Assembly (NCBI GenBank): GCA_964489425.1
Contig: CAZAYP010000007.1
Location: forward strand, 17,190-81,189
Direction: 5' to 3'
Source: an uncultured Verrucomicrobiota bacterium
Lineage (GTDB): Bacteria; Verrucomicrobiota; Kiritimatiellia; RZYC01; CAZAYP01
DNA: 64,000 bases
Shown here: positions 9,226 through 19,265 of the stretch, in pieces
Position numbering within the stretch: position 1 is the first letter of the stretch
Layout of the letters: each line of letters begins with the position of its first letter
The notes under the pieces: model-generated
What the model saw: only the letters and a program-made list of their open reading frames with translations
Databases searched by the model: none
Told to the model about the DNA's origin: nothing
Translations under genes and position numbers: made by a program

Positions 9226-10479
9226 ATGAAGACAGATGAGCAAGAAGCTAGAAAATCCGGCGTTCTGCTGATTGGCGCCAAAGGCGCCATATCCACAACC
9301 CTGATCAGCGCCCAGTGCGCCATGCGGAAAAACCTTGGGTTCACATTCCGCGCCCCATCCGAGGAGGATCCCACCTATCGGCACCTGCCGCTCCTGGGGT
9401 TGGACGATCTTGTTTTTGGCGGTTGGGATATCGTGAGCCACTCCTATTCGGAGTCCTGCCGTCATCATAAAATAATACCTGTGCACGTCTTGAGTGAAAT
9501 ACAGGACCTGCTTGATCAAACGGCCGTCTACCCCGCGATCATGGTCCAACCCGACGCCGCGATGGAGGAGGTATTGGCCGATGCGGGCAGTCCCAAGCGG
9601 ATGAAAAACGTTGATTTTGCCACCACCATCTTTACCCGGCGGCCGTTGGCGGATCTGGTCAAGAGCGTGATCTTTGACATCGAGGATTTTCGCGAGCGGC
9701 ACGGGTTGAAGACCCTGGTCGTGGTGAATCTCGCCTCCACCGAAAAGGGCGTTGCGCTTGGAGCCGAGCACAGCACGCTGGCGCTTTTTGAGCGGGCGAT
9801 AGCGGATAATTCTCCGAACGTCACCGATGGCATGATTTACGCCTATGCCGCCGTGAAGGCGGGCTGCCATTTCATCAACTTTACCCCTTCCGTGGCGGCG
9901 GAGATCCCGGCCATCGTCGAGCTGGCGAGGAATCGCAAAGTGGCGCTGGCTGGAAAGGACGGCAAGACCGGGCAGACGCTTTATAAAACGGCCCTGGCGC
10001 CCCTCTTCAAGGCCCGGGGGCTTAAAATTACGGGATGGTACAGCACCAACATCCTGGGCAACCGGGATGGTCTTGTTCTGAACGACCCGGCCCACAGGGA
10101 ACAAAAGATCAAGAGCAAGTTGGGTGTCCTGGCTTCCATTCTGGGCTACTCCGACTTTGACCACCAAGTGCACATTCATTACTACCCCCCGCGCGGGGAT
10201 GCCAAGGAAGCCTGGGACAATATCGACTTCATGGGCTGGTTTGACACGCCCATGCAGATGAAGATCAACTGGCTGGGCGATGACTCCATTCTTGCCATTC
10301 CTCTGGTGTTCGATCTTGTGCGATGGGTTGAGTTCTTCGGCGAGAAAGGCGAGTGTGGAATCCTGCCGTATCTGGCCTCGTACTTTAAGAGCCCCCTTGG
10401 AACGAGTGAGCATGACTTTTTCAAGCAGGTCGAAATGCTTCGGTCGCATGTGAGGCAGAATTATCCCGGCGCGGAATAG
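9226..10479 (+). CDS. myo-inositol-1-phosphate synthase family protein (NAD-dependent; role in this glycan locus unclear)
   Basis: The 417-aa product has a 'VLLIGAKGAIST' N-terminus and a C-terminal region typical of the Inos-1-P_synth family. A good RBS (AAAGGTGG) lies 6 nt upstream. A 120-bp intergenic region lies upstream. Confidence 0.6.
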   Translation: MKTDEQEARKSGVLLIGAKGAISTTLISAQCAMRKNLGFTFRAPSEEDPTYRHLPLLGLDDLVFGGWDIVSHSYSESCRHHKIIPVHVLSEIQDLLDQTAVYPAIMVQPDAAMEEVLADAGSPKRMKNVDFATTIFTRRPLADLVKSVIFDIEDFRERHGLKTLVVVNLASTEKGVALGAEHSTLALFERAIADNSPNVTDGMIYAYAAVKAGCHFINFTPSVAAEIPAIVELARNRKVALAGKDGKTGQTLYKTALAPLFKARGLKITGWYSTNILGNRDGLVLNDPAHREQKIKSKLGVLASILGYSDFDHQVHIHYYPPRGDAKEAWDNIDFMGWFDTPMQMKINWLGDDSILAIPLVFDLVRWVEFFGEKGECGILPYLASYFKSPLGTSEHDFFKQVEMLRSHVRQNYPGAE

Positions 10480-10498
10480 GTTCTTTTAGAATGCCGTC

Positions 10499-11653
10499 AT
10501 GACTAAACGCAACATTAGCCAACGTCTTTTCGGCGGCTTCCCCGGCGCCCGATACATTGGAGAAGAGGAGGCCAGCCTCGCTCTTTCGGTGCTCAAGGCC
10601 CGCTCCCCGTATCGGTATTACGGACTCAAGCCCTTGGAGTGTTGCACCCGGCTGGAGCGGCGCCTGGGCGCGATGGCTGGGAAACGGAAAGCGCTCTGCG
10701 TCTCTTCGGGCACCGCCGCCCTCCATGCCGCTCTTTTCGCGGCCGGTATAAAGCCGGGCGACGAAGTCATTCTGCCGGCCTATGCCTGGAGCGCGGACCT
10801 TTTGGCTATTCTCGCGGTGGGTGCGACGCCGGTTATTGCGCCGATAGATGAGACGCTTGGACTGGATGCCCGTGCGATAGCTCTCTGTTGCACGAAAAAA
10901 ACCAAGGCCGCGATCGCGGTGCATATGCGAGGAATGCCCTGCAACGTGAAGGCGCTGCGTCGTGAGACCAAGCGGCTCAAGCTCGCGCTCATCGAGGACT
11001 GCGCGCAATGCCTGGGGGGAACCGTCGCCGGGAAGCCGGTCGGATCCTTCGGGGATATCGCGATCTTTTCGTTCCAATACAACAAGCTGATCACCAGCGG
11101 AGAGGGGGGGGCGCTGGTAACCGATAATCAAGGCTTCTTCGATCGGGCCAAATGCTTCCATGACCTTGGCATGATGCGGGACCTGGGGTCGGCCGACCCG
11201 TCGGGGGCGCTGGCGATTCAATGTTTCGGATTGAATTATCGGATGAGCGAACTTCAGGCCGCGGTTCTATTGGCACAACTTCAGAAGCTGCCCGCGATTC
11301 TCGGCGACCTTCGTTTGGCCTTCCGCGAGGCCGGGCGCGTGCTGGAGCGGGAGCGCAACGACCACAAGCTGGCCCCGCGCAAGCGTCCGCCCGGCGCCAA
11401 GCCGAACGGCGCGTTTTATTGCCTCCAGGCGCCGCCGGGGCAAAGCGCGGAGGATGCCGTGAATGCGCTCCGGAAAAACGACTTTCCCGCACAGTGGTGC
11501 GGGACGCACGATCCCCACCATTATGCCTCATGGATTTCGTTTCTCGATCGGGAGAAACTTCCTTACCGTCTCCTGCGCCCGGAACAAAGCGATGCCTTTC
11601 TTTGCCGCTCCCTTTTCCTTGAGTTGAACCCCCAGGCATTGCAAGGCTCATAA
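10499..11653 (+). CDS. DegT/DnrJ/EryC1/StrS family sugar aminotransferase (PLP dependent)
   Basis: 'SSGTAALHAALFAAGIKPGDEVILPAYAW' is present, and 'FSFQYNKLITSGEGGALV' contains the Schiff-base Lys. Contains a G8 tract at 11105-11112. Confidence 0.75.
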   Translation: MTKRNISQRLFGGFPGARYIGEEEASLALSVLKARSPYRYYGLKPLECCTRLERRLGAMAGKRKALCVSSGTAALHAALFAAGIKPGDEVILPAYAWSADLLAILAVGATPVIAPIDETLGLDARAIALCCTKKTKAAIAVHMRGMPCNVKALRRETKRLKLALIEDCAQCLGGTVAGKPVGSFGDIAIFSFQYNKLITSGEGGALVTDNQGFFDRAKCFHDLGMMRDLGSADPSGALAIQCFGLNYRMSELQAAVLLAQLQKLPAILGDLRLAFREAGRVLERERNDHKLAPRKRPPGAKPNGAFYCLQAPPGQSAEDAVNALRKNDFPAQWCGTHDPHHYASWISFLDREKLPYRLLRPEQSDAFLCRSLFLELNPQALQGS

Positions 11654-11670
11654 CCGGGCTTTGGATTTAC

Positions 11671-13491
11671 ATGTGCGGCATCGCAGGTTTTATCGGCTGC
11701 GGGATGATCCCGGAGGATCGCATTCGGCGGACGCTTGACCTGATGAAGAATCGCGGGCCAGACGTACAGGCGTACCGGCGATTTTCGACAGGCGCCGGCG
11801 AGGTTATTCTGTTGCACTCGCGGTTGAGCATCCTTGATCTTGATGCCCGTTCCAACCAACCGTTTACAATCGGCCCTTGCACTCTTGTGTTCAACGGGGA
11901 GATTTACAACTATCTTGAGTTGCGAGGAGAGCTGGAGCGCCGGGGCGTCGTGTTCCATACCACCTCAGACACGGAAGTGCTTTTACAATGCTATCTCAAC
12001 TACGGCGAGAAGTGCGTGGAACGCTTCGAGGGCATGTGGGCGTTCGCGCTGTACGATGCGGGCGCCCACAGGCTGATCCTGTCCCGCGACCGCTTCGCCG
12101 AAAAACCGCTCTATCTCTACTCGGCATCGGAGGGTTTGTATTTCGGCTCCGAGGTCAAGTTTCTCAAGGCGCTTTCCGGGATTTCGTTCAAGCCCAATCG
12201 GCGTCAAGTCCTTCGTTACCTGGTGAACGGGTATAAGTCGCTCTATAAATCGGGCGAGACTTTTTTCGAGGGGGTCCGGGAGGTCCCGTTTGCAACAACG
12301 CTGACGGTGGACCGGGAAGGGAAGGAAACCGGGCGCCGGTATTGGACTCCCGGGCGCGCGTTAAGGGATATGACGCTGGATGATGCGATCGGCGGATTCC
12401 GCGAGCGGTTCATCGAGAGCGTGCGCCTTCGCCTGCGGGCCGATGTGCCCCTGGCCTTCTGCCTGAGCGGGGGCGTGGATTCGGCGGCCATTGTCTCCAT
12501 CGCGTCCAAGGTGTTCGGCTACGACGTTGCGACGTTCTCCATCATTGATTCGGACGAACGATACAACGAGCGCGATAACATCGAGGCGACGATCCGTGAT
12601 TTGGGATGCCGGCACACGCTGATCGAGACGTCGCGTGCTGATTTCTTCCCGCGCCTGGAGGACTTGATCCGCTACCATGACGCGCCGGTCTACACGATTT
12701 CCTACTACATCCACTCCTTCCTGTCTGAGGCGATTGCCCGCGCAGGATTCCGTGTCGTCTGTTCCGGAACCGGCGCGGATGAAATGGTGACCGGCTATTA
12801 TGACCACTTTAATCTGTACCTCTATGAGATGCGCGATTCGCCACGCTATCCAGGTTATCTTCAGGAGTGGCGTGAGGGAATGGGGCGCTTTGTGCGCAAT
12901 CCGCACCTCAAAAATCCCGAGCTGTATTTCAACCAGCCCGGTTTCCGGGATCACATTTTCCTGGACAGAGAGGTCTTCGCCGGCTTTCTGCGCGAACCCT
13001 TTTCCGAGGCGTTCACGGAGGAGCGTTATTGCGACGGGCTGCTGCACAACCGGATGATGAACGAAATGTTTCACGAGGGGACCCGGGTCATCCTGCATGA
13101 GGATGACCTGAACTCGATGCGGTATTCCATAGAAAATCGAAGCCCGTATCTGGACTCGCGCCTTTTTGAGTTTGCCTATTCCATTCCGACCGAGCACCTG
13201 ATTCAACAGGGATACGGCAAGTTCGTCCTGCGCGAAGCCGTGAAGGGCATCCTCAACGACCCGGTCCGGCTGGACCGCCGCAAGCGGGGATTCAATGCCG
13301 CGATCCTGTCGCTGGTTGATTTTGACGATCCTGCGACCCTCGAGACGGTGCTGTCGGACGGGCCCATCTTCGAGTTGGTGGACCGCGAGAAGCTGAAATC
13401 CCTGCTGCCTCGCAAGCCCCTGCCCAACAGCGTGAGCAAGTTCCTGTTTTATTTCCTGAATGCGAAGATATTCCTGGAACAGAATCAGTGA
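11671..13491 (+). CDS. asnB: asparagine synthase (glutamine-hydrolysing), class II GATase
   Basis: Starts 'MCGIAGFIG' (Ntn Cys2). A central 'CLSGGVDSAAIVSIA' PP-loop is present. 606 aa. Confidence 0.8.
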   Translation: MCGIAGFIGCGMIPEDRIRRTLDLMKNRGPDVQAYRRFSTGAGEVILLHSRLSILDLDARSNQPFTIGPCTLVFNGEIYNYLELRGELERRGVVFHTTSDTEVLLQCYLNYGEKCVERFEGMWAFALYDAGAHRLILSRDRFAEKPLYLYSASEGLYFGSEVKFLKALSGISFKPNRRQVLRYLVNGYKSLYKSGETFFEGVREVPFATTLTVDREGKETGRRYWTPGRALRDMTLDDAIGGFRERFIESVRLRLRADVPLAFCLSGGVDSAAIVSIASKVFGYDVATFSIIDSDERYNERDNIEATIRDLGCRHTLIETSRADFFPRLEDLIRYHDAPVYTISYYIHSFLSEAIARAGFRVVCSGTGADEMVTGYYDHFNLYLYEMRDSPRYPGYLQEWREGMGRFVRNPHLKNPELYFNQPGFRDHIFLDREVFAGFLREPFSEAFTEERYCDGLLHNRMMNEMFHEGTRVILHEDDLNSMRYSIENRSPYLDSRLFEFAYSIPTEHLIQQGYGKFVLREAVKGILNDPVRLDRRKRGFNAAILSLVDFDDPATLETVLSDGPIFELVDREKLKSLLPRKPLPNSVSKFLFYFLNAKIFLEQNQ

Positions 13492-13541
13492 ATCAAGGCA
13501 TGGAACCCATCCTGTCAACCATTAACCATTAACCATTTTCC

Positions 13542-14663
13542 ATGTCCTTCCGCTACTGTACTCGTTGCATTCTCCCCGACACGCGCCCCGGGCTCCGTTT
13601 GGGGCCGGATGGCGTATGCAACGCATGCTCATCCAACCTGGAGAAAAAGATCATCGACTGGGCCGGGCGCGAAAAAGCTTTCCGTGCCGTGGTGGAAAAC
13701 GCCAAGGCGGGAAGCAAGGGATACGACTGCCTTATCCCCGTCAGCGGCGGCAAGGACAGCACCTGGCAGGTGGTTAAATGCCTTGAATATGGATTAAATC
13801 CCCTAGCCGTTACATGGAAGACTCCTGCCCGGACAATAGTGGGGCAGGCGAATTTGGATAACCTGATCCGGCTGGGTGTGGATCATATCGATTATCAAAT
13901 CAATCCGAAGGTCGAAGCCAAGTTCATGCTGGCCGCTTTGGAGCGCTTCGGTTCTCCCGCCATTCCCATGCACATGGCCCTGTTCAGCATTCCGCTCAAC
14001 ATCGCCGTGCGATTTGCGATCCCGTTGGTTGTTTGGGGAGAAAATTCCGCTTTTGAATACGGCGGCACGAATGATGCGCAAAAAGGATTCAAGCTGGATG
14101 CGGCTTGGTTGAAGACCTTTGGCGTGACTCATGGAACTACCGCCGTGGATTGGGTCTCGCCGAGTTTGACGCGCAAGGAGTTAACGCCCTATTTTGGTCC
14201 CGGCGATAATGAGTTGGAGCAAGCCGGTGTTTTGGCCGTCTTTCTGGGTTACTATTTTCCCTGGGACCCGCAGGCGTCCCTCCGCGTGGCCCGCGAGCAC
14301 GGGTTCAAGGTGCGCGAAGAAGGCCCCAAGGTGGGCTGCTGGAATTATGCCGATATCGACGACGATTTCATTTCCATCCATCACTGGCTCAAGTGGTACA
14401 AGTTCGGCTTCACGCGGCTATTCGACAATCTTTCAGTGGAGATCCGCAACGGCCGGATGACCCGTGCGCAGGCGATCAAGGTGGTCTGGGCGCGCGGGGA
14501 CGAAACCCCGCGCGAGGATATCGAAAAACTCTGTGCGTTTTTGCAAATCTCGACCTCGCGATTTTATGAAATATGCGAGCGTTTCCGTAATCCAAAAATC
14601 TGGACGCGCAAAGCGGGTCGGTGGATGATCGATGAGTTTCTCGTCTTGGACTGGGAATGGTAG
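13542..14663 (+). CDS. N-acetyl sugar amidotransferase (WbpG/PseA/LegA-type, LPS/flagellin-glycan amidino formation)
   Basis: N-terminal Cys4 ribbon 'CTRCILPDT…CNACS' followed by 'LIPVSGGKDSTWQV' (PP-loop ATP pyrophosphatase). Confidence 0.65.
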   Translation: MSFRYCTRCILPDTRPGLRLGPDGVCNACSSNLEKKIIDWAGREKAFRAVVENAKAGSKGYDCLIPVSGGKDSTWQVVKCLEYGLNPLAVTWKTPARTIVGQANLDNLIRLGVDHIDYQINPKVEAKFMLAALERFGSPAIPMHMALFSIPLNIAVRFAIPLVVWGENSAFEYGGTNDAQKGFKLDAAWLKTFGVTHGTTAVDWVSPSLTRKELTPYFGPGDNELEQAGVLAVFLGYYFPWDPQASLRVAREHGFKVREEGPKVGCWNYADIDDDFISIHHWLKWYKFGFTRLFDNLSVEIRNGRMTRAQAIKVVWARGDETPREDIEKLCAFLQISTSRFYEICERFRNPKIWTRKAGRWMIDEFLVLDWEW

Positions 14664-14672
14664 GGATGCACA

Positions 14673-15869
14673 ATGAAGCTTCATGAAATCCAGCCACCTC
14701 GCACATTCACGGTGGGAAGGTCCGGTAATGCGATGGTGATCAGCGATTGCGGACGGGTGGATCTCCGGCCTGACGAGATGGTTGTGTTTACCACGCCTGG
14801 TGGCGGTGAGTATGACGTGGTGCGCAAGGATTGGGGATTTTATGCCACGCCGTCGCTGAACGGTCGCCTTCGGGACCATGGCCTGCGGGGCGTTTTGATC
14901 CGCAATCCTCACGGCAAGGCCTACCTGCTCCTGGTGGAGCGGGGGCGCGAGGCCGAATTCGAAGACTATATGCGCAGGGATCAGCTCCATGTGGTCGCAT
15001 GGCTGGATTCGGATGAGGCCATCGAATCCGCTTGCAGGAAACTGGGAGCATCTTCGTGCCCTTTGTGTGGAGGACCGGATTTGAAGACCGTCTTTTCCTA
15101 CGATCGCCCGCCGCCGGGTGAGACGGCTTTTGCGGATCGGGGAACGAATGCGTATCCGCGCAGGTATGACGAATGTCAGGGGTGCGGGCTTTTCATCGGA
15201 TGTCTTCCGGCCGGATTTGACGGATTTTATTCGGCAGAGTACATGGACGCCACATACGGTGAGCGGCTGCGGGCGACCTATGAAAAGATCATGCAGTTGC
15301 CGCCGGAGAAGTCCGACAATGTTCACCGGGTCCAAAACATCCTGGACTTCATGGGCCGGTGGCGGAAGGAACATGGCTGCGCCGAAATGCCTCCGCCGTC
15401 GGTGCTGGATGTCGGATCCGGCCTGGGCGTGTTTCTCGCGCGCATGCAACTGGCTGGCTGGAAATGCCTGGCGCTCGACCCCGACGCCCGCGCTGCCGAA
15501 CATGCGCGGCAGGTGGTGGGGGTGGATGCGGTGTGCGGTGACTTCCTGAACGTGAATCCGCCCGGCGCCTACGACCTGGTCACCTTCAACAAAGTCTTGG
15601 AGCATGTTGCCAATCCTGTAGCTATGCTTGCGCGGGCGCGGTCTTTTCTCGCGCCTGGCGGAGTCGTGTACCTCGAAGTGCCGGATGCCGAGATGGCGCA
15701 TCGGTTGGGCCCGGGCCGGGAGGAGTTTTTTGTGGAGCATCTTTGGGTCTTCAGCGCGGCGACGCTCGGCTTGCTGGCGCGCCGGGCAAATCTGGTGATC
15801 CAGCGCATGGAGCGTGTCGTCGAGCCCAGCACTAAATTCACCCTCCGGGCCTTTTTAAGCGCAGCTTGA
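14673..15869 (+). CDS. class I SAM-dependent methyltransferase with N-terminal Cys4 zinc-ribbon (sugar C-/O-methyltransferase-like)
   Basis: 'CPLCGG…CQGCGLF' zinc ribbon precedes 'VLDVGSGLGVFLA' (motif I) and '…FNKVLEHVANP…GGVVYLEVPD'. Confidence 0.6.
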   Translation: MKLHEIQPPRTFTVGRSGNAMVISDCGRVDLRPDEMVVFTTPGGGEYDVVRKDWGFYATPSLNGRLRDHGLRGVLIRNPHGKAYLLLVERGREAEFEDYMRRDQLHVVAWLDSDEAIESACRKLGASSCPLCGGPDLKTVFSYDRPPPGETAFADRGTNAYPRRYDECQGCGLFIGCLPAGFDGFYSAEYMDATYGERLRATYEKIMQLPPEKSDNVHRVQNILDFMGRWRKEHGCAEMPPPSVLDVGSGLGVFLARMQLAGWKCLALDPDARAAEHARQVVGVDAVCGDFLNVNPPGAYDLVTFNKVLEHVANPVAMLARARSFLAPGGVVYLEVPDAEMAHRLGPGREEFFVEHLWVFSAATLGLLARRANLVIQRMERVVEPSTKFTLRAFLSAA

Positions 15870-15913
15870 CATAGCGTGATGCCGGGGATCGGCCGACGGG
15901 TCGGAATGCTGCG

Positions 15914-18286
15914 TTGGCCAGTATCAATATCAAGCGTTTGGGGCCCTTGGCTGCGGTCATGACTGAAAATACACATGCAACATTAACCCTTGTGGCGCAT
16001 GCCCGCCAGGTTGCCACCGCGACGTCCCTGGCAGAACTTGGCATGATGGCCACGGCCGATTTTGAGCTGCTGGTTCTGGCAGAAAAGCAAGGGCTCCCGG
16101 TAATCAACCTGACCCAGTATTGTTCGGGCGATCTTGCCATGCGCCACTTGGAACGGGCGATCGAGTTGGCGGAGCCTTTTAAACGGCAGCGGGAAGCCGT
16201 TGATGCAGGGGTGTTGTACGGCGAATGGGTATATTTTCTCTGGGCCATCTTGAACTTGCGCGCAGCTCTGGAGCCGGTGCTGGTGGCCCATCGGCCAAAC
16301 CGAATCGTGATCCTCGACAACGGGGAGCCCATTCGGCTGGGCTACGATCTCATCGATGCTCCAGGTTTATTCAACCACGTGGCGCGGGTGTTATCTCGCA
16401 AGCACCATCTGGAGCTGCAGACGCGGTCATATCCGCAGGTCTCTGGAGCTTCCCCTGCGCCCTGGGCCTTTCCACTGGGGACCGGCCAGCTGCTGGCCGC
16501 GGCTACTCCCGGTTTTCTCGCGTATTCAGTGGGATTCTGCTTGTCCGAACAATATCAGTACTTGGTGCACGCCGCCCGCGTGGGGCAAAGCGGCCTCATT
16601 TTAGCTGACATGAACTCTGACGTGCCGTTGCCCCACCTGTCCCTGCCTTTGCTTTACCGTCTGCCGTGGAAATATCAGGAAAGTTCGCGGGTCTGGAAGC
16701 GTCTGAAAGACCTGCTGGGATTCCCCTTGCCCGGCAGCGAACTGGAAGACATTTTGGCCTGTGATGGCACTATCCAGAACGTCCTTTTGGAGCACATGAT
16801 ACCCGTCCAACGTGAATTCATGGTTGGCCAATTCGTTTTGCACGCCGTGACTCCTGGATGGGTGCTTTCCTGCACGGATGAGGCCGCATACGTAAAGTCT
16901 TTTCAGAAGGCTGTTCAATCTCAATTAACTCCTTGTATCACGTTGTCGCATAACGTGTTGCCGTTTTGTTGGGGCCAAGTGTTTGATGCGGGTTTGCGGC
17001 ACTGGGGAAAAAACAAGGCCTACGCAGCATGGGGGAACCTGTATTGCCAGTTTTTTAATGCCCATGTTGCTGCATGCAGGGCTGAACCCGTCGGAAGTTT
17101 TATAAAAAAAACAGCCCCGCCCGGTTCTGGCAAAGATAAAGCGCAAAAGATCATCGGAATATTTCCCTTGGGTGTGCCGCCAGGAGATTCCTGCCGCAAT
17201 GTGATTGATTTCGCGAAATGGCGGCAACTTTATGATGACCTGAACAAATGGATCGGAACCTGCCCGGATTGGTTATTTTATGTCAAGCATCATCCGCGAT
17301 ATAATGCACGCAAGCTATATTCGGAATGGCTGGATAAGGGCAATATCCAGCACTTCCAGCAACAGGATTTCGCCTGGGAAGATCTTGATGCTGCAATTGT
17401 AATCGATTATGCATCCACCGTAATCTGTGATCTGATGGCAGCTGGCGTGCCCGTGGTCTTATGGAAGTACGCCTCGCATCCGGGTATGATGAGCCCGGCC
17501 GAGGCGGACGGTCCTCTCCTGGCGCATTCGGTTCAGGACGTGGCTGACTGTACGGCGCGGCTTTTGAATGATCCAGGATACCGCAGGGAAGTGCTGGCGC
17601 AGCAGCAACAATGGCTAAAGTTGGCCGTGGCGGCCTGGGGTGATGAGGCGGTTGCCAATTTGGAGAGATTGGTGCAGAAGGCGCCGCCGTTGTTAAAGCA
17701 GGACTGCGGCGGAGTGGTTGGCGTTGATGGCAACGCCCTGACCGCTACGGCGGATCCTGCGGTGCGCTGGTTGCTGGATTTGCTGATGGTGCTGCATTAT
17801 CTGCAGCACGGAGTCACCCAACTGGTGATGCCGGCGCCAGCGACTGCGGGATCGCAAACGGTTTGGAATTGGGCCAGTTACTTGGATGTCCTGCGGCACC
17901 GGGGCCGCAGCTTGCGCTTTGACCATCTTGACCACTTGGATGTCGCCCGCCTGGGCATGTCCATCCTGGGCATGACGATCTGGCAGGCGTGGATGGCGGA
18001 TCGGGTTGACGGTGGGGCGGACTCCGCCGCGGGCCGGTCGACGGTGGCATATCCCGCAGCGCTGTCTTGGATGACGTGGAAACTGTATTGGACGCTGCCT
18101 CCCGCCATCCGGCCCGGTTTGCGCATTTTGCGCGGGTACTTGGTGGATGCCTTCCGGCAGGATGCCATCAACCATCCGGAATCGCGCTGCAAACAATGGC
18201 TTGCGGCCATCCTGCCCTGGATCCTGACGTTGCGGCTGCGCCTGTCTCACATGAAATCAAGGGAGAAGATCGATGGCAGTCCATAA
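15914..18286 (+). CDS. large polysaccharide biosynthesis protein (capsule-type/GT-B-like C-terminal region), 790 aa
   Basis: A long ORF with codon periodicity. The 'AIVIDYASTVICDLMAAGVPVVLW' region resembles the C-terminal nucleotide-sugar-binding half of capsule polysaccharide/teichoic-type transferases. Its last 93 codons lie in the 591-bp duplication. Confidence 0.45.
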   Translation: MASINIKRLGPLAAVMTENTHATLTLVAHARQVATATSLAELGMMATADFELLVLAEKQGLPVINLTQYCSGDLAMRHLERAIELAEPFKRQREAVDAGVLYGEWVYFLWAILNLRAALEPVLVAHRPNRIVILDNGEPIRLGYDLIDAPGLFNHVARVLSRKHHLELQTRSYPQVSGASPAPWAFPLGTGQLLAAATPGFLAYSVGFCLSEQYQYLVHAARVGQSGLILADMNSDVPLPHLSLPLLYRLPWKYQESSRVWKRLKDLLGFPLPGSELEDILACDGTIQNVLLEHMIPVQREFMVGQFVLHAVTPGWVLSCTDEAAYVKSFQKAVQSQLTPCITLSHNVLPFCWGQVFDAGLRHWGKNKAYAAWGNLYCQFFNAHVAACRAEPVGSFIKKTAPPGSGKDKAQKIIGIFPLGVPPGDSCRNVIDFAKWRQLYDDLNKWIGTCPDWLFYVKHHPRYNARKLYSEWLDKGNIQHFQQQDFAWEDLDAAIVIDYASTVICDLMAAGVPVVLWKYASHPGMMSPAEADGPLLAHSVQDVADCTARLLNDPGYRREVLAQQQQWLKLAVAAWGDEAVANLERLVQKAPPLLKQDCGGVVGVDGNALTATADPAVRWLLDLLMVLHYLQHGVTQLVMPAPATAGSQTVWNWASYLDVLRHRGRSLRFDHLDHLDVARLGMSILGMTIWQAWMADRVDGGADSAAGRSTVAYPAALSWMTWKLYWTLPPAIRPGLRILRGYLVDAFRQDAINHPESRCKQWLAAILPWILTLRLRLSHMKSREKIDGSP

Positions 18287-18598
18287 TAACGGTGGCCGGC
18301 CTTGGCGTTGGTTCGGGGGTGCGGTCGTGTGGGTATTCAAGCATATCGGCTACGATCGTCTTGCCCGCTTGTACCATGTCTGCCGCATCCGAGACCGCGC
18401 TTGGATGGATGGATTCCTACGCTTCCTTCTTAACAACGAGAAGCCAGAGAACCCCTTGGGCCGGAGTTTTGTTCAGCATTTCTTCAAGGATGAACTGCAG
18501 CAGACTGTGGCAAGATGGATCGGCCCGACCGATGTTGATGTCTTGCGCCAACTGGAAGAAATCCCCAGCGAAACCACGATCCGGGAGCGTCATTTTCT
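18008..18598. repeat. 591-bp direct repeat, copy 1 (100% identical to 20069..20659)
   Basis: Direct nucleotide comparison at a 2061-bp offset shows identity from 'gacggtggggcggactcc' to 'gagcgtcattttct'. It spans the 3' end of the 790-aa gene plus the first 109 codons of the downstream gene. Confidence 0.95.
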
Positions 18599-18824
18599 GG
18601 TTCATCCGGGAAGTTCCTGTCTGACGCGTGATCATCTCCGTTCAGCGGATCTCGGCGCAGGTTGCTTGCCGGGACAACCAGATGACCCGGCTGGGCCATC
18701 TTGCCCGGTCCTGGAACCGCCGAAATCATTTCAGAATCATGCTACCACGAAGGTCACGCAGACCACGAAGAAGACCGGTATCCGCGCCGGAATCCTTATA
18801 TCTCCAACCTTCTCTGTTTCTTGA
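18273..18824 (+). pseudogene. truncated duplicate: first 109 codons identical to N-terminus of the 20334..21605 TylF-like gene, then unrelated sequence
   Basis: Protein 'MAVHNNGGRPWRW…TIRERHFL' is identical to the 20334 ORF up to the repeat boundary at 18598. It then diverges into the repeat-element sequence. Confidence 0.6.
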
Positions 18825-18940
18825 ATCTCCGGTTCATCCGGTCATGCTTTCTGGCTCTGCCTCTATGATCTTCGTGACCTTCGTGGTGCTACATCCGCTC
18901 CGCGAATCATGGAACCAACCCGTGGTGGACGCAGTTATCG
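18741..18940. repeat. ~190-bp intergenic repeat element with internal 20-bp inverted repeats (MITE-like or structured RNA), copy 1
   Basis: ~87% nucleotide identity to 62685..62870. The 5' arm 'accacgaaggtcacgcagaccacgaag' and 3' arm 'gatcttcgtgaccttcgtggtg' are reverse complements. The frame is not conserved between the two copies. Confidence 0.8.
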
Positions 18941-19265
18941 TCCGGTTCTTCGGACAGGAACTTTTCGGATGAGCCGAAAAAACGAACAAGGTGCGGCACC
19001 GTATTTGTCCGTCGAAGCGGGTTCGGAAACGATGACCACGGACAGGCACCCATCTCAAGCCCGGCGCCTTATCACCCCGTTTCACTGAGGCTTTACATTT
19101 GGAAAGCCCAGCCGAAGCACGATTGCAAACGTTTGATAACCGGGATCACGAGCCGCGCCGATTGCGCCGGTATCATAACCGCAGCGTGGTTCCTCGATAA
19201 GGCAGCGTGGGCCTGCCCTTGGTCCTAGCGCCACGCATCCACTCGGCCCAGGCGCACGACTTCCA

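Noticed and set aside
7113-10449. Long minus-strand ORFs (7113..8147, 8935..10449) antisense to the AsnB-like and MIPS-like genes
   Set aside because: Shadow ORFs with no recognisable domains and biased composition. The plus-strand genes carry PP-loop and MIPS-family signatures.
13491-13541. Short 'ccattaaccattaaccatt' tandem motif between asnB and the amidotransferase gene
   Set aside because: Only ~2.5 copies of a 7-mer in a 50-bp spacer. It is too short to call a repeat array or a CRISPR; likely incidental.
14433-15740. 435-aa minus-strand ORF antisense to the Cys4-MTase gene
   Set aside because: The Arg/His-rich translation is unconvincing. The plus strand has SAM motif I and a zinc ribbon.
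18628-18972. 114-aa ORF (and its counterpart 62626..62907) overlapping the ~190-bp repeat element
   Set aside because: The two copies are conserved at nucleotide level but the 5' halves of the ORFs are in different frames and unrelated. This is consistent with a non-coding repeat, not a protein.
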